From assembly GCA_964016885.1 (NCBI GenBank), contig OZ024741.1:13888001-13952000 (forward strand): DNA of 64,000 nt, given 5' to 3'. Below are positions 13,602-24,981 of the stretch, in pieces (the stretch's first letter is position 1; the number at the start of each line of letters is the position of its first letter). A model generated the notes under the pieces. The model had not been told where the DNA came from and did no database searches. It was given only the letters and a program-made list of their open reading frames with translations. Origin of the DNA: Eledone cirrhosa. Taxonomy: Eukaryota. The position numbers and the translations under genes were made by a program.

Positions 13602-16063
13602 CTGGAGCAGGCCTGTAGGCAGGAGGAGAGTAACATGGTGGTGGAACAATAGGGTGGAGGGGTCAATTAAGGCCAAAAAGCAGGCTTGGAAAGTATGGCG
13701 GGATGGGGGAAGTAGAGTAGACTATCAAGTGGCCAGGAGGGAAGCTAGGAGAGAAGTGTACTTAGCAAGAAGGGAAGCTGAGGAAAGAAAGTTCAAGCAT
13801 GTTCTACAACGCGATGACCAAAAACGTGAGGTGTTCAGGATTGCCAGGCAATGCGTCAAGGAAAACCGTGATATTGTCGGGGAGAAGTGTGTACTTAACG
13901 ATGATGGCATACTTGCCATCACCGACACTGATAAGAAGGTAGCTTGGAAGTGTCACTATGAAAGGCTACTAAATGAGGAGAATAAATGGGAGAAAGACAG
14001 TCTCCCCCTTATCGACCCGATAGAGGGACCAGCAGTGTTAGTCGAGGGGAGTATAATAAGTAAGGCAATCAAGGATATGAAGACTGGTAAGGCGGCTGGG
14101 CCTTCGGAAATAGTTGCTGAGATGCTGAAGGCATCTGGCACGGTGGGACACACCATGGTCACCCGCATAGTTAACCAAGTCGTACAGAATGGGGTTGTTC
14201 CGAAGGACTGGCATAGCAGCATCATCGTTAACTGTTATAAGGGTAAAGGAGACGCCCTAGATAGGAGTAACTATAGAGGCATTAAATTAATCGACCAGGT
14301 CATGAAGGTCACGGAAAAAGTAATAGCGCAACTAATCAGAGAGAGAATTGATCTAGATGAAATGCAGTTCGGGTTTGTGTCAGGCAAAAGCACCACAGAC
14401 GCTCTTTTCATAGTACGACAACTACAGGAGAAGTACCTAGCTAAAGGTAAACCCCTCTACTTAGCTTTTGTCGACCTGGAGAAAGCCTTCGACAGAGTCC
14501 CCCGCTCCATTATCTGGTGGGCTCTTAGAAAACTAGGCGTTGACGAATGGCTTGTGAGGGCTATACAAGCCATGTATAAAGAAACAGTCAGCAAGGTTAG
14601 AATTAACAACGAATATAGTGAAGAGTTTAGCGTAAAAGTTGGCGTCCATCAGGGCTCTGTTCTCAGCCCCCTACTATTTATTATTGCCCTTCAGGCTATA
14701 ACAGAGGAGTTCAAGACAGGCTGCCCATGGGAACTCCTATACGCAGACGACCTGACACTCATAGCGGAATCAATGGCCGAGCTAGAGAAGAAATTCCAAA
14801 CATGGAAGCACGGCCTAGAGTCAAAAGGACTTAAAATTAACCTGGCTAAGACCAAAGTTCTAGTTTGTAGGAAAGAAAACAAGGCGGCGGTCCCTTCTGG
14901 GAAATGGTCGTGCTCGGTATGTAGGAAAGGCGTAGGTAGAAACTCCATCTTATGTCCTAAATGCAAAGTATGGGTGCATAAAAGATGTAGTGGGATCACA
15001 GGTAAGCTAACTAAGAACATAGACTTTACATGTGGCCGGTGTTCTGGTGCAATAAGTAGCAGCAAGTGCCCACAAAATACTAGCTCTTTCAATTGCGCAG
15101 AGGGTTCTATAGAAATAGTGGACAGCTTCCGTTACCTGGGCGATAAAATCAGCAGTGGGGGAGGGTGCTCTGAAAGTACTGTAGCTAGAGTCAGAACTGG
15201 TTGGAAAAAGTTCAGAGAGCTTATACCACTATTAGCTGCTAAAGGGTTCTCCCTAAAAATGAAAGGCAGGTTGTACGATGCCTGCATACGAACAGCAATG
15301 TTGCATGGTAGTGAGACCTGGGCATTGTGTGCAGAGGATATACGCAGACTAGAGAGGAACGAAGCTTGCATGCTCCGCTGGATGTGTAACAGTAATATAC
15401 GTGAACGGCAAAGCATAAACGAACTAAGGAAAAAATTAGAGATAAGAGGGATCAGATGTTGTTTACACGAGAGAAGGCTGCGTTGGTATGGACACGTGAT
15501 GCGCATGAAAGTCGATAGCTGTATTACAAAGTGCAGGGCAATAAAGATAGACGGTAGCCACGGAATAGGCAGACCTAGAAAAACATGGGATGAGCTGATA
15601 AACTCCGACCTCACACACTTACACCTTTCCAAGACAATGTCACTGGACCGTGACCTTTGGCGGTACTCAGTAACAGAGAAGACCCGCCTTGCCAGTAGGC
15701 ATCTCTAACAAAATACACCCCTCCCGCCGCCACCCCCACCCCATCCACACCACCCCGTTCTATGTAAAGTTATGTTGGTGCCGCGCCATCCAGGCCGAAA
15801 CAAATGAGATCGTGTAGGTGTCACGACAAAAAAAACACACAGTCCACGCTGTAATGTGGCCGTGTAGGCAACACGGTAAAAACCTCCCAGACCCACACTG
15901 TAAATGTGGTTGGTGTTAGGAAGGGCATCCAACTGTAGAAAACCTGCCAGACAGTCCTATGCGAGCAAGACAATCACTCTTGCCTCAAGTGGGACTACCC
16001 CCGTCCAAACCCATGCAAGCGTGGAACACGGACGTTAAACGTTGATGATGATGATGATGATGA
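13602..16063 (+). mobile_element. RTE LINE family A, 5'-truncated, young
   Basis: Uninterrupted RT ORF, 3' UTR and (GAT)n tail. Confidence 0.95.
13654..15708 (+). CDS. RTE reverse transcriptase with internal PHD-like zinc finger (no endonuclease, 5'-truncated)
   Basis: 684-aa open frame with RT motifs (QFGF, DLEKAFD, QGSVLSP, YADD, FRYLG) and an RRLRWYGHVMR..GRPRKTW C-terminus. Confidence 0.9.
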   Translation: MEGSIKAKKQAWKVWRDGGSRVDYQVARREARREVYLARREAEERKFKHVLQRDDQKREVFRIARQCVKENRDIVGEKCVLNDDGILAITDTDKKVAWKCHYERLLNEENKWEKDSLPLIDPIEGPAVLVEGSIISKAIKDMKTGKAAGPSEIVAEMLKASGTVGHTMVTRIVNQVVQNGVVPKDWHSSIIVNCYKGKGDALDRSNYRGIKLIDQVMKVTEKVIAQLIRERIDLDEMQFGFVSGKSTTDALFIVRQLQEKYLAKGKPLYLAFVDLEKAFDRVPRSIIWWALRKLGVDEWLVRAIQAMYKETVSKVRINNEYSEEFSVKVGVHQGSVLSPLLFIIALQAITEEFKTGCPWELLYADDLTLIAESMAELEKKFQTWKHGLESKGLKINLAKTKVLVCRKENKAAVPSGKWSCSVCRKGVGRNSILCPKCKVWVHKRCSGITGKLTKNIDFTCGRCSGAISSSKCPQNTSSFNCAEGSIEIVDSFRYLGDKISSGGGCSESTVARVRTGWKKFRELIPLLAAKGFSLKMKGRLYDACIRTAMLHGSETWALCAEDIRRLERNEACMLRWMCNSNIRERQSINELRKKLEIRGIRCCLHERRLRWYGHVMRMKVDSCITKCRAIKIDGSHGIGRPRKTWDELINSDLTHLHLSKTMSLDRDLWRYSVTEKTRLASRHL

Positions 16064-16619
16064 GACATAGATATATAATGTGTGAAAATAATTTTGCTCA
16101 ATAATGACCATATGTTTAGTTTAAAACTCTGAGGTCAATGTACCAAAATCTGAGATAAATCTTCAAAAAAATTACCCTATTTATAAATAGATACACACGC
16201 ATATGCACTTTCTGAAAAAAGAAAAAGAGAAAGTCATGTCAAGCTCTAGTCAATAATACAGACATACACATGACTTTACGTGATCAACTCTATAATTTCT
16301 TGTGTCATAAAAAAATTTCCTTGTGTTATAAAAAATTTCACTATATATATATATACAAAAATAAACGATTAATATTCAAGCCCTCACACATATGTTTATC
16401 GTTCATGTATATAATGCATATCTGTAACATATACAGAACCATACCTACATATATATATATACATATATATGTATACACAAGATATCTGCGTGAGTATTCC
16501 AGCATCTCTATGTACACATACAGGCACATGAACAGATAAAATATACTCTGTAATCTTTCCATATGCATGTTAATACATATGGCCTTTGTATAGAGATAAC
16601 CAGATATCAATATATCAGC

Positions 16620-17930
16620 ACAGAAATTATTTAAAGGATTTAGAAGACCCTGTGGTTCTACGGATGCTCTTATATTTAGTATAGAAATTTATCTTGCGTA
16701 AAATTTATTTAATACATTGGGAGCATCTACATTTTAGAGTAGTTTAATTACATCATTTGTTTATATTTATGAAGAAGGTTTAAAAGAAAAAGTTGAAGGA
16801 ATCGAAAGATTTATCGTCAGGTTTCATACATTAATTAAATTTCTTAATTAATTATACTACATTTTAAATTTATATTTATATTTAAACGTTGAGTTCAATC
16901 TATGTCTGCAGCAACTGAATAAATTGCTCCTTAGATTAAGGGAATTTTTGGATTTTAATATAAAGAATATCTCCTCCATACAGAGATCACATGTCTCAGA
17001 TGAGGAATTAAAAGGAATCCCTCTTGAGACAATATTCCAAAACATCGAATACCCAACATTATCACGTTTAAGTTGCCAGAGTAAGCTTGATAGCGAAGTT
17101 GAAGATTTTTTGTTTGGATCTGTGAAAGAATTCTTATGATTATTGAAGCGAAGTTTAAATTCTGTCGAGGTGGAACCAACATAGTTGAAAGAATTTAAGT
17201 TAGTTTTAACATTACAATTGTATATTATATTTTTAACTAAGCAATTGTTATTTAACGGACATTTAGATTTATTTCTACAGTTACAGTTATTTAATTGAAT
17301 ATTGTTTGGGTTATTATTGGTATTTTGGTTAGGTTTTAAATTCCTATTATTAATTCTGTTAATATTTTGTGCTAAATTTTTGGTGGACGAGTAAGTTAAT
17401 TTTATAGTATGTCTATTAAAAATTGAGTGATATTTATGTGTTCTAGGGAAGCGTTTGTCAAGAGCATTAAAGAATAGTTTAGCAATGTGGGTTTTAATAT
17501 TTCGTGAGAAAGGGGGGGCAAACCATATTATATTTCTAGTTCTATTTCTTTTCCGGCTTTTGGAATTATTGTAATGTTTTCTATAATGTTTTCTTTTTCG
17601 TCAAAAATATTTTTATTAGATGAAATTCTTGAGATTCGTTCTTGAACAGAGTTCACTATAGTATTTTTAACAGATCTGGGGTGATTAGAGTTAAAATTGA
17701 CATAATTCAAGTTTTCATTTAGTTTGTGAAATGGATAGTGAAGACATGTGTTGAGATTTAGTGTTACATCTAGGAAATTGACTATTCTATGGTTATTCTC
17801 TATTTCTATTTTTAGATTAAGGTAATTAAAAAATTGTATAATTTGTTTCCTTTTTCTATTTAGTTCAGAGTTATTATTTTCAATAAGTAAAAGCATGTCA
17901 TCACGATATAATCCTCCGGTTACACCTGGT
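16620..17930 (-). mobile_element. Penelope-like element 2 (same type as PLE1, diverged family), 5'-truncated
   Basis: GLYRDD, VNFLDVTLNL, SNHP, WFAPPFS, CNCRNKSKCPLNNNCL, YVGST, CDLC, SCCRH; stop at 16857. Confidence 0.88.
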
Positions 17931-17940
17931 ATATATATAT

Positions 17941-18513
17941 ATAAAACATGAGAAGAAAGAGGTATACTGCGTGGTTGCACATGGGTTACATATTATAAAA
18001 TTAGTCCCTCATCAGTGATTTGCCAACCATCATTGGTATTTCATCGCATTAAAAATCATATACCTCAGGTTGGTGCGAGCAATAACTAAAAAAAGCTATT
18101 GGGACAAGTGAGTCGCGTAAAGCGAGTGAGACAAGTAAACAACATAGAAGGATGAAAGCAAACCGAAGATAGGAAAAAAAACAATCAACATGGTTATCCA
18201 GTCAGCATAAGCTGGGTGGATTTCATGAGCGTTCAGAATACAGACCATCCGACCTGAGTGAGATGTGAGAAAGAAAGAAAGAGCCCCACTACCAACGAAA
18301 CGGGAGGAAGTGAGAAGGGGAGAAACAGAGAGTGAGTGAGTGGAAGTGCGAGGAAGAGGTCAGTCGAGAGAAAGTGTAACTGGCAGAGGGGGCGAAAGAA
18401 GGTGAGAGAAACAGAGAGAACGGGGGAGCAGTAAGAGAGAAAGAGAGAAACAGACAAACGCAGCCGAGGTAAATATGTATAAAAAACATGAGAAGAAAGA
18501 GGTATACTGCGTG
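17941..18513 (-). mobile_element. ~570-bp non-coding element with ~31-bp terminal direct repeat and structured RNA core
   Basis: aaaacatgagaagaaagaggtatactgcgtg at 17943-17973 and 18483-18513; (TA)n on both sides. Confidence 0.6.
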
Positions 18514-18531
18514 TATGTATATATATATATG

Positions 18532-18574
<43 letters not shown>

Positions 18575-18583
<9 letters not shown>

Positions 18584-19085
18584 AGATCAAAAGATGGTTA
18601 AAAGAGTTCCATGTATTTTATTATGTGCGTTTCAAAAACAAATATCATCATGCAATAACATTTGTGTTTTCATCAGATAAAATAGGAAGACATGATATGA
18701 AGGTTAAAAAACACTTGTGAATAGTGCAGTTTTAAATCAACATATGAAAAGTAGTTTTAGATTGATGTGTGATATTGGGAAAACATTTTGAGGGGTGGGG
18801 GGTGGAAAGGATGAAAAAGAGGAGGAGATGAGAGTAAAAAGTGGAGGGGGAGGAGTATAATGAGGAAGGATGAGATAGGAGGAGAGATGGGTGATAGAGA
18901 GAGAGAGATAGCTTTTATAACTGAGAAAAATATATTGTTTTACATAGAGAGGTTGAAAAACCGTTGGAAGATAATATATAAATTAAAAGAATTTGAAAAT
19001 TAACGAAGAGAAAAATAATGTTAAGTTAAGGTTTGTATATTGAAGGGTTTAATAATATGTGCGATGAAAAGAAATTGTTAATATG
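18575..19085 (-). mobile_element. PLE-like family E 3' region with hammerhead at 18614-18684
   Basis: 18575-18746 is homologous to 24810-24980. Confidence 0.65.
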
Positions 19086-19109
19086 CATATATATATATAT
19101 ATATAATAA

Positions 19110-19578
19110 TAATGGAGCTGCGGCGCTGCAAATGAGTTACATATGAAAAAGTTTGTCCTCATCAGTGGCCTTTCAACCGTCGTAGGCATTTCGTCGCTTT
19201 AAAGGCCATATACCTCAGGTTGGTGCGAGCAACGGCTAAAAAAAGTCGTTGGGACACGTAAATAAGGGGGACGCTAGCGTAAACAAACAAAATGGTTTAA
19301 GCAACAGAAAGTGATGAAGAAGAAAGAAACAAGTCCCAGATTTCTATGAATATAAATTCGGTGGAATCGTGAACGAGAGAATAAAGACCATCAAACCTGG
19401 TTGAAATGTGAGCAAGGAAGGAATTTCGCACAGGTCTAACGGGAGGAAGAAGGGGTCTGGTCTGCGAATTCGGTAAACATAAGTTCTGTGAAGTAGCAGA
19501 TGAGAGAGAGAGAAAAAATTCATACCGGCTTGGCCAAGTGCCCGCGAGAAAAGGATTACGGACAGGTCAAACGGGAAT
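19110..19578 (-). mobile_element. Diverged relative of the 17941-18513 element
   Basis: Conserved blocks including catatacctcaggttggtgcgagcaa and gtc(c)ctcatcagtg. Confidence 0.6.
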
Positions 19579-19597
19579 ATATATATATATATAGAGA

Positions 19598-19899
19598 GAG
19601 GCACATGGCTTAGTGGTTAGAGCATTGGCCTTGCAATCAAAAGGTTGTGAGTTCAATTCTCAGACCGGGTGATGTGCAAGATACTTTATTTCACATTGCT
19701 CCAGTTTACTCAGCTGTAGAAATGAGATGATAGGGACTGGGGTCCCTATCATTCCACTGCAAAGTGGTCGTGGAGGTGCCACGGCTGTAAATGAGGTTGG
19801 AAGGGCATCCAGCTGTAGAAATCAAGCCAGAATCAGTTCCCATCCCACCCTTGCAAGCAGGGAAAAGTGGACGTAGGAATGAAATGATGATGATGATGG
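19598..19899 (+). mobile_element. tRNA-derived SINE with RTE-like 3' tail
   Basis: A box TGGCTTAGTGG, B box GTTCAATTC, tail shared with the RTE 3' UTR, (GAT)n end. Confidence 0.85.
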
Positions 19900-19986
19900 C
19901 ATATATATATATATGTGTATATATATATATATATATATCTATGTATATATATATATATATACATATTTATATATATGTATGTATAT

Positions 19987-22900
19987 ATATTGTTATACTT
20001 GGGGAGGGTCATATTTGTGTAATATTGCCAGAATTAATAACAGAACACACTCACTGTTTGGTTGGTTTTCGCTTCTCGCTGTCTTTTATATCGGTAATCT
20101 AACTTACTCGGTCCTCAATGTTGCCATTGACTGACCGACAGTCAAAAATAATACAGATACAATATAGACACAAACACATATATATAGTTTATCATAAATC
20201 TTTCGTTGCACATCTGCAACATCGTCAGTGGTGTTATATTTTCCTCCTGTTGTGTTGTATATCTACGCCATTTTTATTCAGTCTGTCTATATATTTATTT
20301 ATTTATTTGCTTGTTAGTTTATTTTATTTTGTCTTCTTTGCGCATGCGTTTGCGTGTGTGTATAGTGTTATGTTTGCTGTGTGATGGGTGACTAGTGTGT
20401 GTTTATGTGCTTGTGTATGTATTTATTTATCTTATTTTATTTACTTATTTATACTTCTCTTAGGTCAGTGTTGTTTGTTTGGGTGTTGTTGTTATTCCAT
20501 TCATTCTTTCTGTTTAGCTTTCGTCTTCTAATTTCTATTTCACTGGCCTCTCTGATTTGCCTATCTGCTGGGTCATTTCTATGTTTAGATATTATTCTAA
20601 TTTCTATGTTGTCTATGTTACCGTCATGTTGTTGTCTAGCATGTTCGTATAGTACTGACACGTTTTTTCGTCCTTTTAGTTCCCCCCAGTGTTGGTCTAT
20701 CCTTTCACCTATGCTACGAGCTGTCTCACCTATGTATGTTGTTGTCATGTTTCTGCAAGTACCCTCTGTACATCTTATGCTATAGATTACGTTTCTAGTT
20801 TTACAGTTTATCCGGGGGTTCACCTTACATATGATACATTTCCTATTGGTACAGTGGGTTTTCTTAAAAGGGTAGGTTTTGCTGATCAGGGATTTTATGG
20901 TGGTTCCTGGCTTTTCTACCACCTTTATTTTTAAGTGGGTCTTTCTCAGGGCCTTTCTATACTGGTTAGCTAATTTCCCTCCAGGTGTGGCGTCCACAAA
21001 CATGACACTCTGGTATCTCTGGTTGTCGTACCATGAGGTAGCTTTCCCTATCTTATGTCTAGCCCTATCTAAGCTATTCCATGATTTGCTCCTGTATAGT
21101 GGGCAAATTCCTTTCATGTCCAGTTCTATGAGGGTCTTATACTTTTCCATGGCTCCTTCGTATACTCTGACTCTGTCTCTTTGGTTGTAGCCAGAGAACT
21201 GCATGTGGTTGATGAAGTGTTGGATGTGTCTTTCCATTTCTGTTGGGTCGCACATGTGGGACACATTCTTCATCACTCGTACCAAATCTGCGATCAGAAT
21301 ATTAAACTTAGCACTACTGGACATTGCTGAGTTTTTGAGTATCAGGTATTTGGAGGCCATGGGTTTAGCATAGTGTGAGTGGAGAATTTGGGCTCTCTCG
21401 TCTATAGTGTTAATCCAGAGTTCTGTGTCTAATACAGGTAGTCTATTGTTAGGGTGTTTGGAAGGGAAGTCGATAGTTACAGTTATACTCTGGTGTATGG
21501 AATTAGCTATCTGCTGGATGCTTTCCATCGTGCTACGTTCTAAATCAAACTTGTTAGTGCTCTCTAGTGGGGGTGTTCTTATAACTATATTGATATCGTC
21601 TACATAACGTACATGATGAGGTCTATGGAGCTTTCATTAAGGAGATCTTTAAGTCTCCTTTCCCACCATACCATGAAAAGGTTGGCAACATCAGCTATGC
21701 TGACGCCGATGGCTGCTCCCTCATTTTGGGTGTAGATTTTCTCGTTGAACTTAAATATGTGGCCCTTTAGGGTAGTTTTGATACTAGCCCCTATTGCATG
21801 TGCGACCATTTTTCTTACCTGATCATTGTTTTGGGGGGTCCGTATAGCTTTGGTCCACCCAATCCACCTTCCCATGGGAGTCTTTTTTGCCATTGAGGTT
21901 ATGGTGGGGGGGGGTCTACCTCTTATAGGTCTACTAGGGCAGAAACATCTAAGGTCATGGCTGTCTAGGTAGTCAGTGTCATAGGTAAGTCTAAGTAGGA
22001 GGCCCAGTTCGTTTGTGTCGACGTCGCAGAACTCCACCTCACTCTCAATGATCATCTCCACACATCTTTTCACAGCAAAATCAATGTTAATGGATGGGTA
22101 CAGTGACACCACATCCATGCTGCCTATTATGCAGTTGGATAGGCTCCTGTTTTTGTTGCACTCACTGATTCTGCTGAGGAGGTCCTCTGTACTGTCACAT
22201 ACATCTGGGGAGATCTTGATTATGGGGCGTATAACCATTCAGAGGAAGTAGGAGATCCTGTAGTTGCTAGCTATATTAGCTCCGCATACGGGTCTTGTTG
22301 GTGGTCCTGTTGTTGGGTCGTCGACTGTCTTGTGGTCTTTGCGGAGCCCATACAAGGGTGGTATGCCATTGTTAGACGCCTGGAAGTTGTTGGCAGTGCG
22401 TCTGCTTGGCTTTAGGATGTCAGTCCACATCATCATGTGAGCGTTGAGGATTTTTTTCTCTCCCATCGTGTGTTTGTTATGCAATTTCGCTCGTGTTGGT
22501 GATGTGGGGTTGCATAGCCTCGATGTAGTTCGGCATGCTATCTATTGACATCCTACCAGACTTATCCGTGGGTAGACACACTACCTCACCATCCCTTGTG
22601 TGCTGCTTGAGGATAACCAAGCTTTCTACAGGTTTCCTCCCAAGTTGTTGGGCCTCTGGTCTGCTCTGTCTCTTAGTATACTTGTCTACTATTTGTCTAA
22701 TCTTATTTCTAGCTATGGTGAACTATGCCTCTGTCTCGTCATCTATTTGTTGTGGTATGCAAACTCTTTTATTAAAGGGTAACCTCGTAGGATAGATATT
22801 ACCCATCTTATATGTTTTGTCAGCTGGGTTGAAAAATAGTTTCTCTAAGGGGTTGTCATTATATCTATCGTCATAGTTGTGTGTGTTGCTATTATTGTTA

Positions 22901-23507
22901 TCAGGGTGGTTGTTGTTGTTTCTATCATTAGCATTATTATTATTGTTATGATTGCTAGATGTATTGTTGTTTACTTCACCGTTATTGTTGTTGTTGTTAC
23001 TGTTATTTCTACCATTGTGGTTGTTACTTTTATTATGTTTCTTGTTTTTGTTGTGTCTATCATTGATGTTGCTTCATGTACTATTTCCATTATATAATAA
23101 AATAAACAAAATAAAATAAACAAACAAGCAAATAAATAAATAAATATATAGACAGACTGAATAAAAATGGCGTAGACATACAACACAACAGGAGGAAAAT
23201 ATAACACCACTGACGATGTTGCAGATGTGCAACAAAAGATTTATGATAAACTATATATATGTGTTTGTGTCTATATTGTATCTGTATTATTTTTGACTGT
23301 CGGTCAGTCAATGGCAACATTGAGGACCGAGTAAGTTAGATTACCGATATAAAAGACAGCGAGAAGCGAAAACCAACCAAACAGTGAGTGTGTTCCGTTA
23401 TTAATTCTGGCAATATTACACAAATATGACCCTCCCCAAGTATAACAATATTTGTTTCGACACACGATTTCATATAAAAAAACCTCGCAAAACTAATTCA
23501 TCGCCGC
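19987..23507 (-). mobile_element. Penelope-like element 3 (different clade) with inverted 3' copy and tail
   Basis: 19987-20332 is inverted at 23106-23451; extra tail 23452-23507; RT+GIY-YIG ORF pieces. Confidence 0.9.
20449..22790 (-). pseudogene. PLE RT plus GIY-YIG endonuclease (frameshifted)
   Basis: PTDKSG, PPLYGLRKDHK, TRPVCGA, GSMDVVSLYPS, GAAIG, YVDD, LPVLD, NVIYSIRC..YIGETARS..ER..H. Confidence 0.9.
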
Positions 23508-23756
23508 TATGTATATATATCTATATATCTATGTATATATATATATATATATATACTTTGATAGGTTTCGGCCAGTATTGGGCCAGGCCATGTCTAACTT
23601 AATAGCACCACCTGGCGAAGTCTTACAAATCAGTGTTTGGGCACCATGCTCCACTCGAGCAGAGAGTTATTGTTTATGGAGGCATATCCGGGATTTCTTG
23701 AAGACTTCTTGAACTTGATGGGGTCTGTCTTTGCTTTGATGTGTCTTGGTGTAATG

Positions 23757-24648
23757 TTAAAGAGTGCTGGTATGGCAGGGCGCTGAGTCTTGCTGTTACA
23801 CGTACGGCCTACCTGCAGCTACCTGGTCGATCCAGGGCTTTACTACCTCGCTCAGAACGCGGATGTAGCCATCGATGTTCAGCTTGAGGCCCGCAGGGAA
23901 GAAGTGAGGTGGCATGACGTCAAATAAGACCAATGATGTTGCTGGAAACTTTGTCTGCATGACTCTGGGCACGTCTTTGGATGAGACAGTGATCCTCCTG
24001 TTGTTCTGGAAGTTGATCTTCTGGTCTTGGCAGAAGTTTTTCTCGTCGGAGAAAAACCACATCATGTCTGGCTTCAGTGGGTGTTTCAACTTGTTGATCA
24101 GCTTCTTTGCGTGCTTCAGTCGCTTTTCTTGCATCGCTTTTGACAGAAATTGTCCTTTCCTCATCTTTTATGAAACGTAGCGAATGTCTTCATGTACCAC
24201 CAACCTAATGAGCTTTTCATCCTCGCCTTTCTCCCTTGCAATGGCATGTATCGACTTGCTAGGTTCATTCTTGATGATATCCTGAACTTCACCGACGAAC
24301 TCGGGCGTTCTGAAGGCGTCAGATTGTCGATCATGTGTTTTCCTCTCTGATGTTGCTTCGTAGTCGAATCCTGAATCTTCCAATTCCTTTTTGACCTTTT
24401 CCACCATTATCCTGCTGCTGCTGAGAAAGTCTGAAATTTCCTTATTTGTCCCCCCGGCACAGATTCCAAGAAGAACTCCGTGTCTCTTCCACAAATTTGG
24501 AGGTTCAAAATTATTCATAATCAATTATTCTGAAAATAAATAATGGAAATATAGTCACTGTTTTTATGAAGACAAGAGTGAGAACGGAAGTAAAAAAAAT
24601 TTGCATAAAATTAGCAGTTGAAAATTGTGAACAAATATTGTCTGCACC

Positions 24649-24653
<5 letters not shown>
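23757..24653 (-). mobile_element. Tc1/mariner (maT/DD37D-like) transposon remnant with one TIR
   Basis: TA-CAGGGTGCAGAC terminus; HTH-type N-terminus; WFFSDEKNF, TKFPA, VVKPW, QQDSAPCHT; third catalytic residue region missing. Confidence 0.8.
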
Positions 24654-24708
<55 letters not shown>

Positions 24709-24719
24709 ATATATATATG

Positions 24720-24980
24720 TAGGAGGTGAGTTTTATTGTAGTACAATAAAGCAATGCAGATATCGGATAAGTAGCACTCTACAGTTTGTAGGACTGGAGT
24801 ATAAATAATAATATATAAGATCAAAAGATGGTTAAAAGAGTTCCATGTATTTTATTATGCGCATTTCAAAAACAAATATCATCATGCAATATCATTTGCG
24901 TTTTCGTCAGATAAAATAGGGAGACATGATATGAAGGTTAAAAAACACTTGTGAATAGTGCAGTTTTAAATCAACATATG
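24720..24980 (-). mobile_element. PLE-like family E fragment with tail
   Basis: Homologous to 18575-18746, plus ~85 extra nt before (TA)n. Confidence 0.65.
24848..24918 (-). ncRNA. Type I minimal hammerhead ribozyme
   Basis: TATTTTAT-CTGACGA-[stem II]-GAAA-TGCGCA-TA-ATAAAATA: 8-bp stem I, intact core, palindromic stem III. Confidence 0.8.
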
Positions 24981-24981
24981 T

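Noticed and set aside
14691-15632. Antisense ORFs over RTE RT (also 26970-28085, 61837-62778)
   Set aside because: Shadow frames of the RT coding strand.
18004-18105. SECIS or box C/D snoRNA reading of the structured RNA
   Set aside because: The candidate SECIS ATGA is not conserved in the second copy, and the CTGA/TGATGA order and spacing do not give a normal C/D terminal motif.
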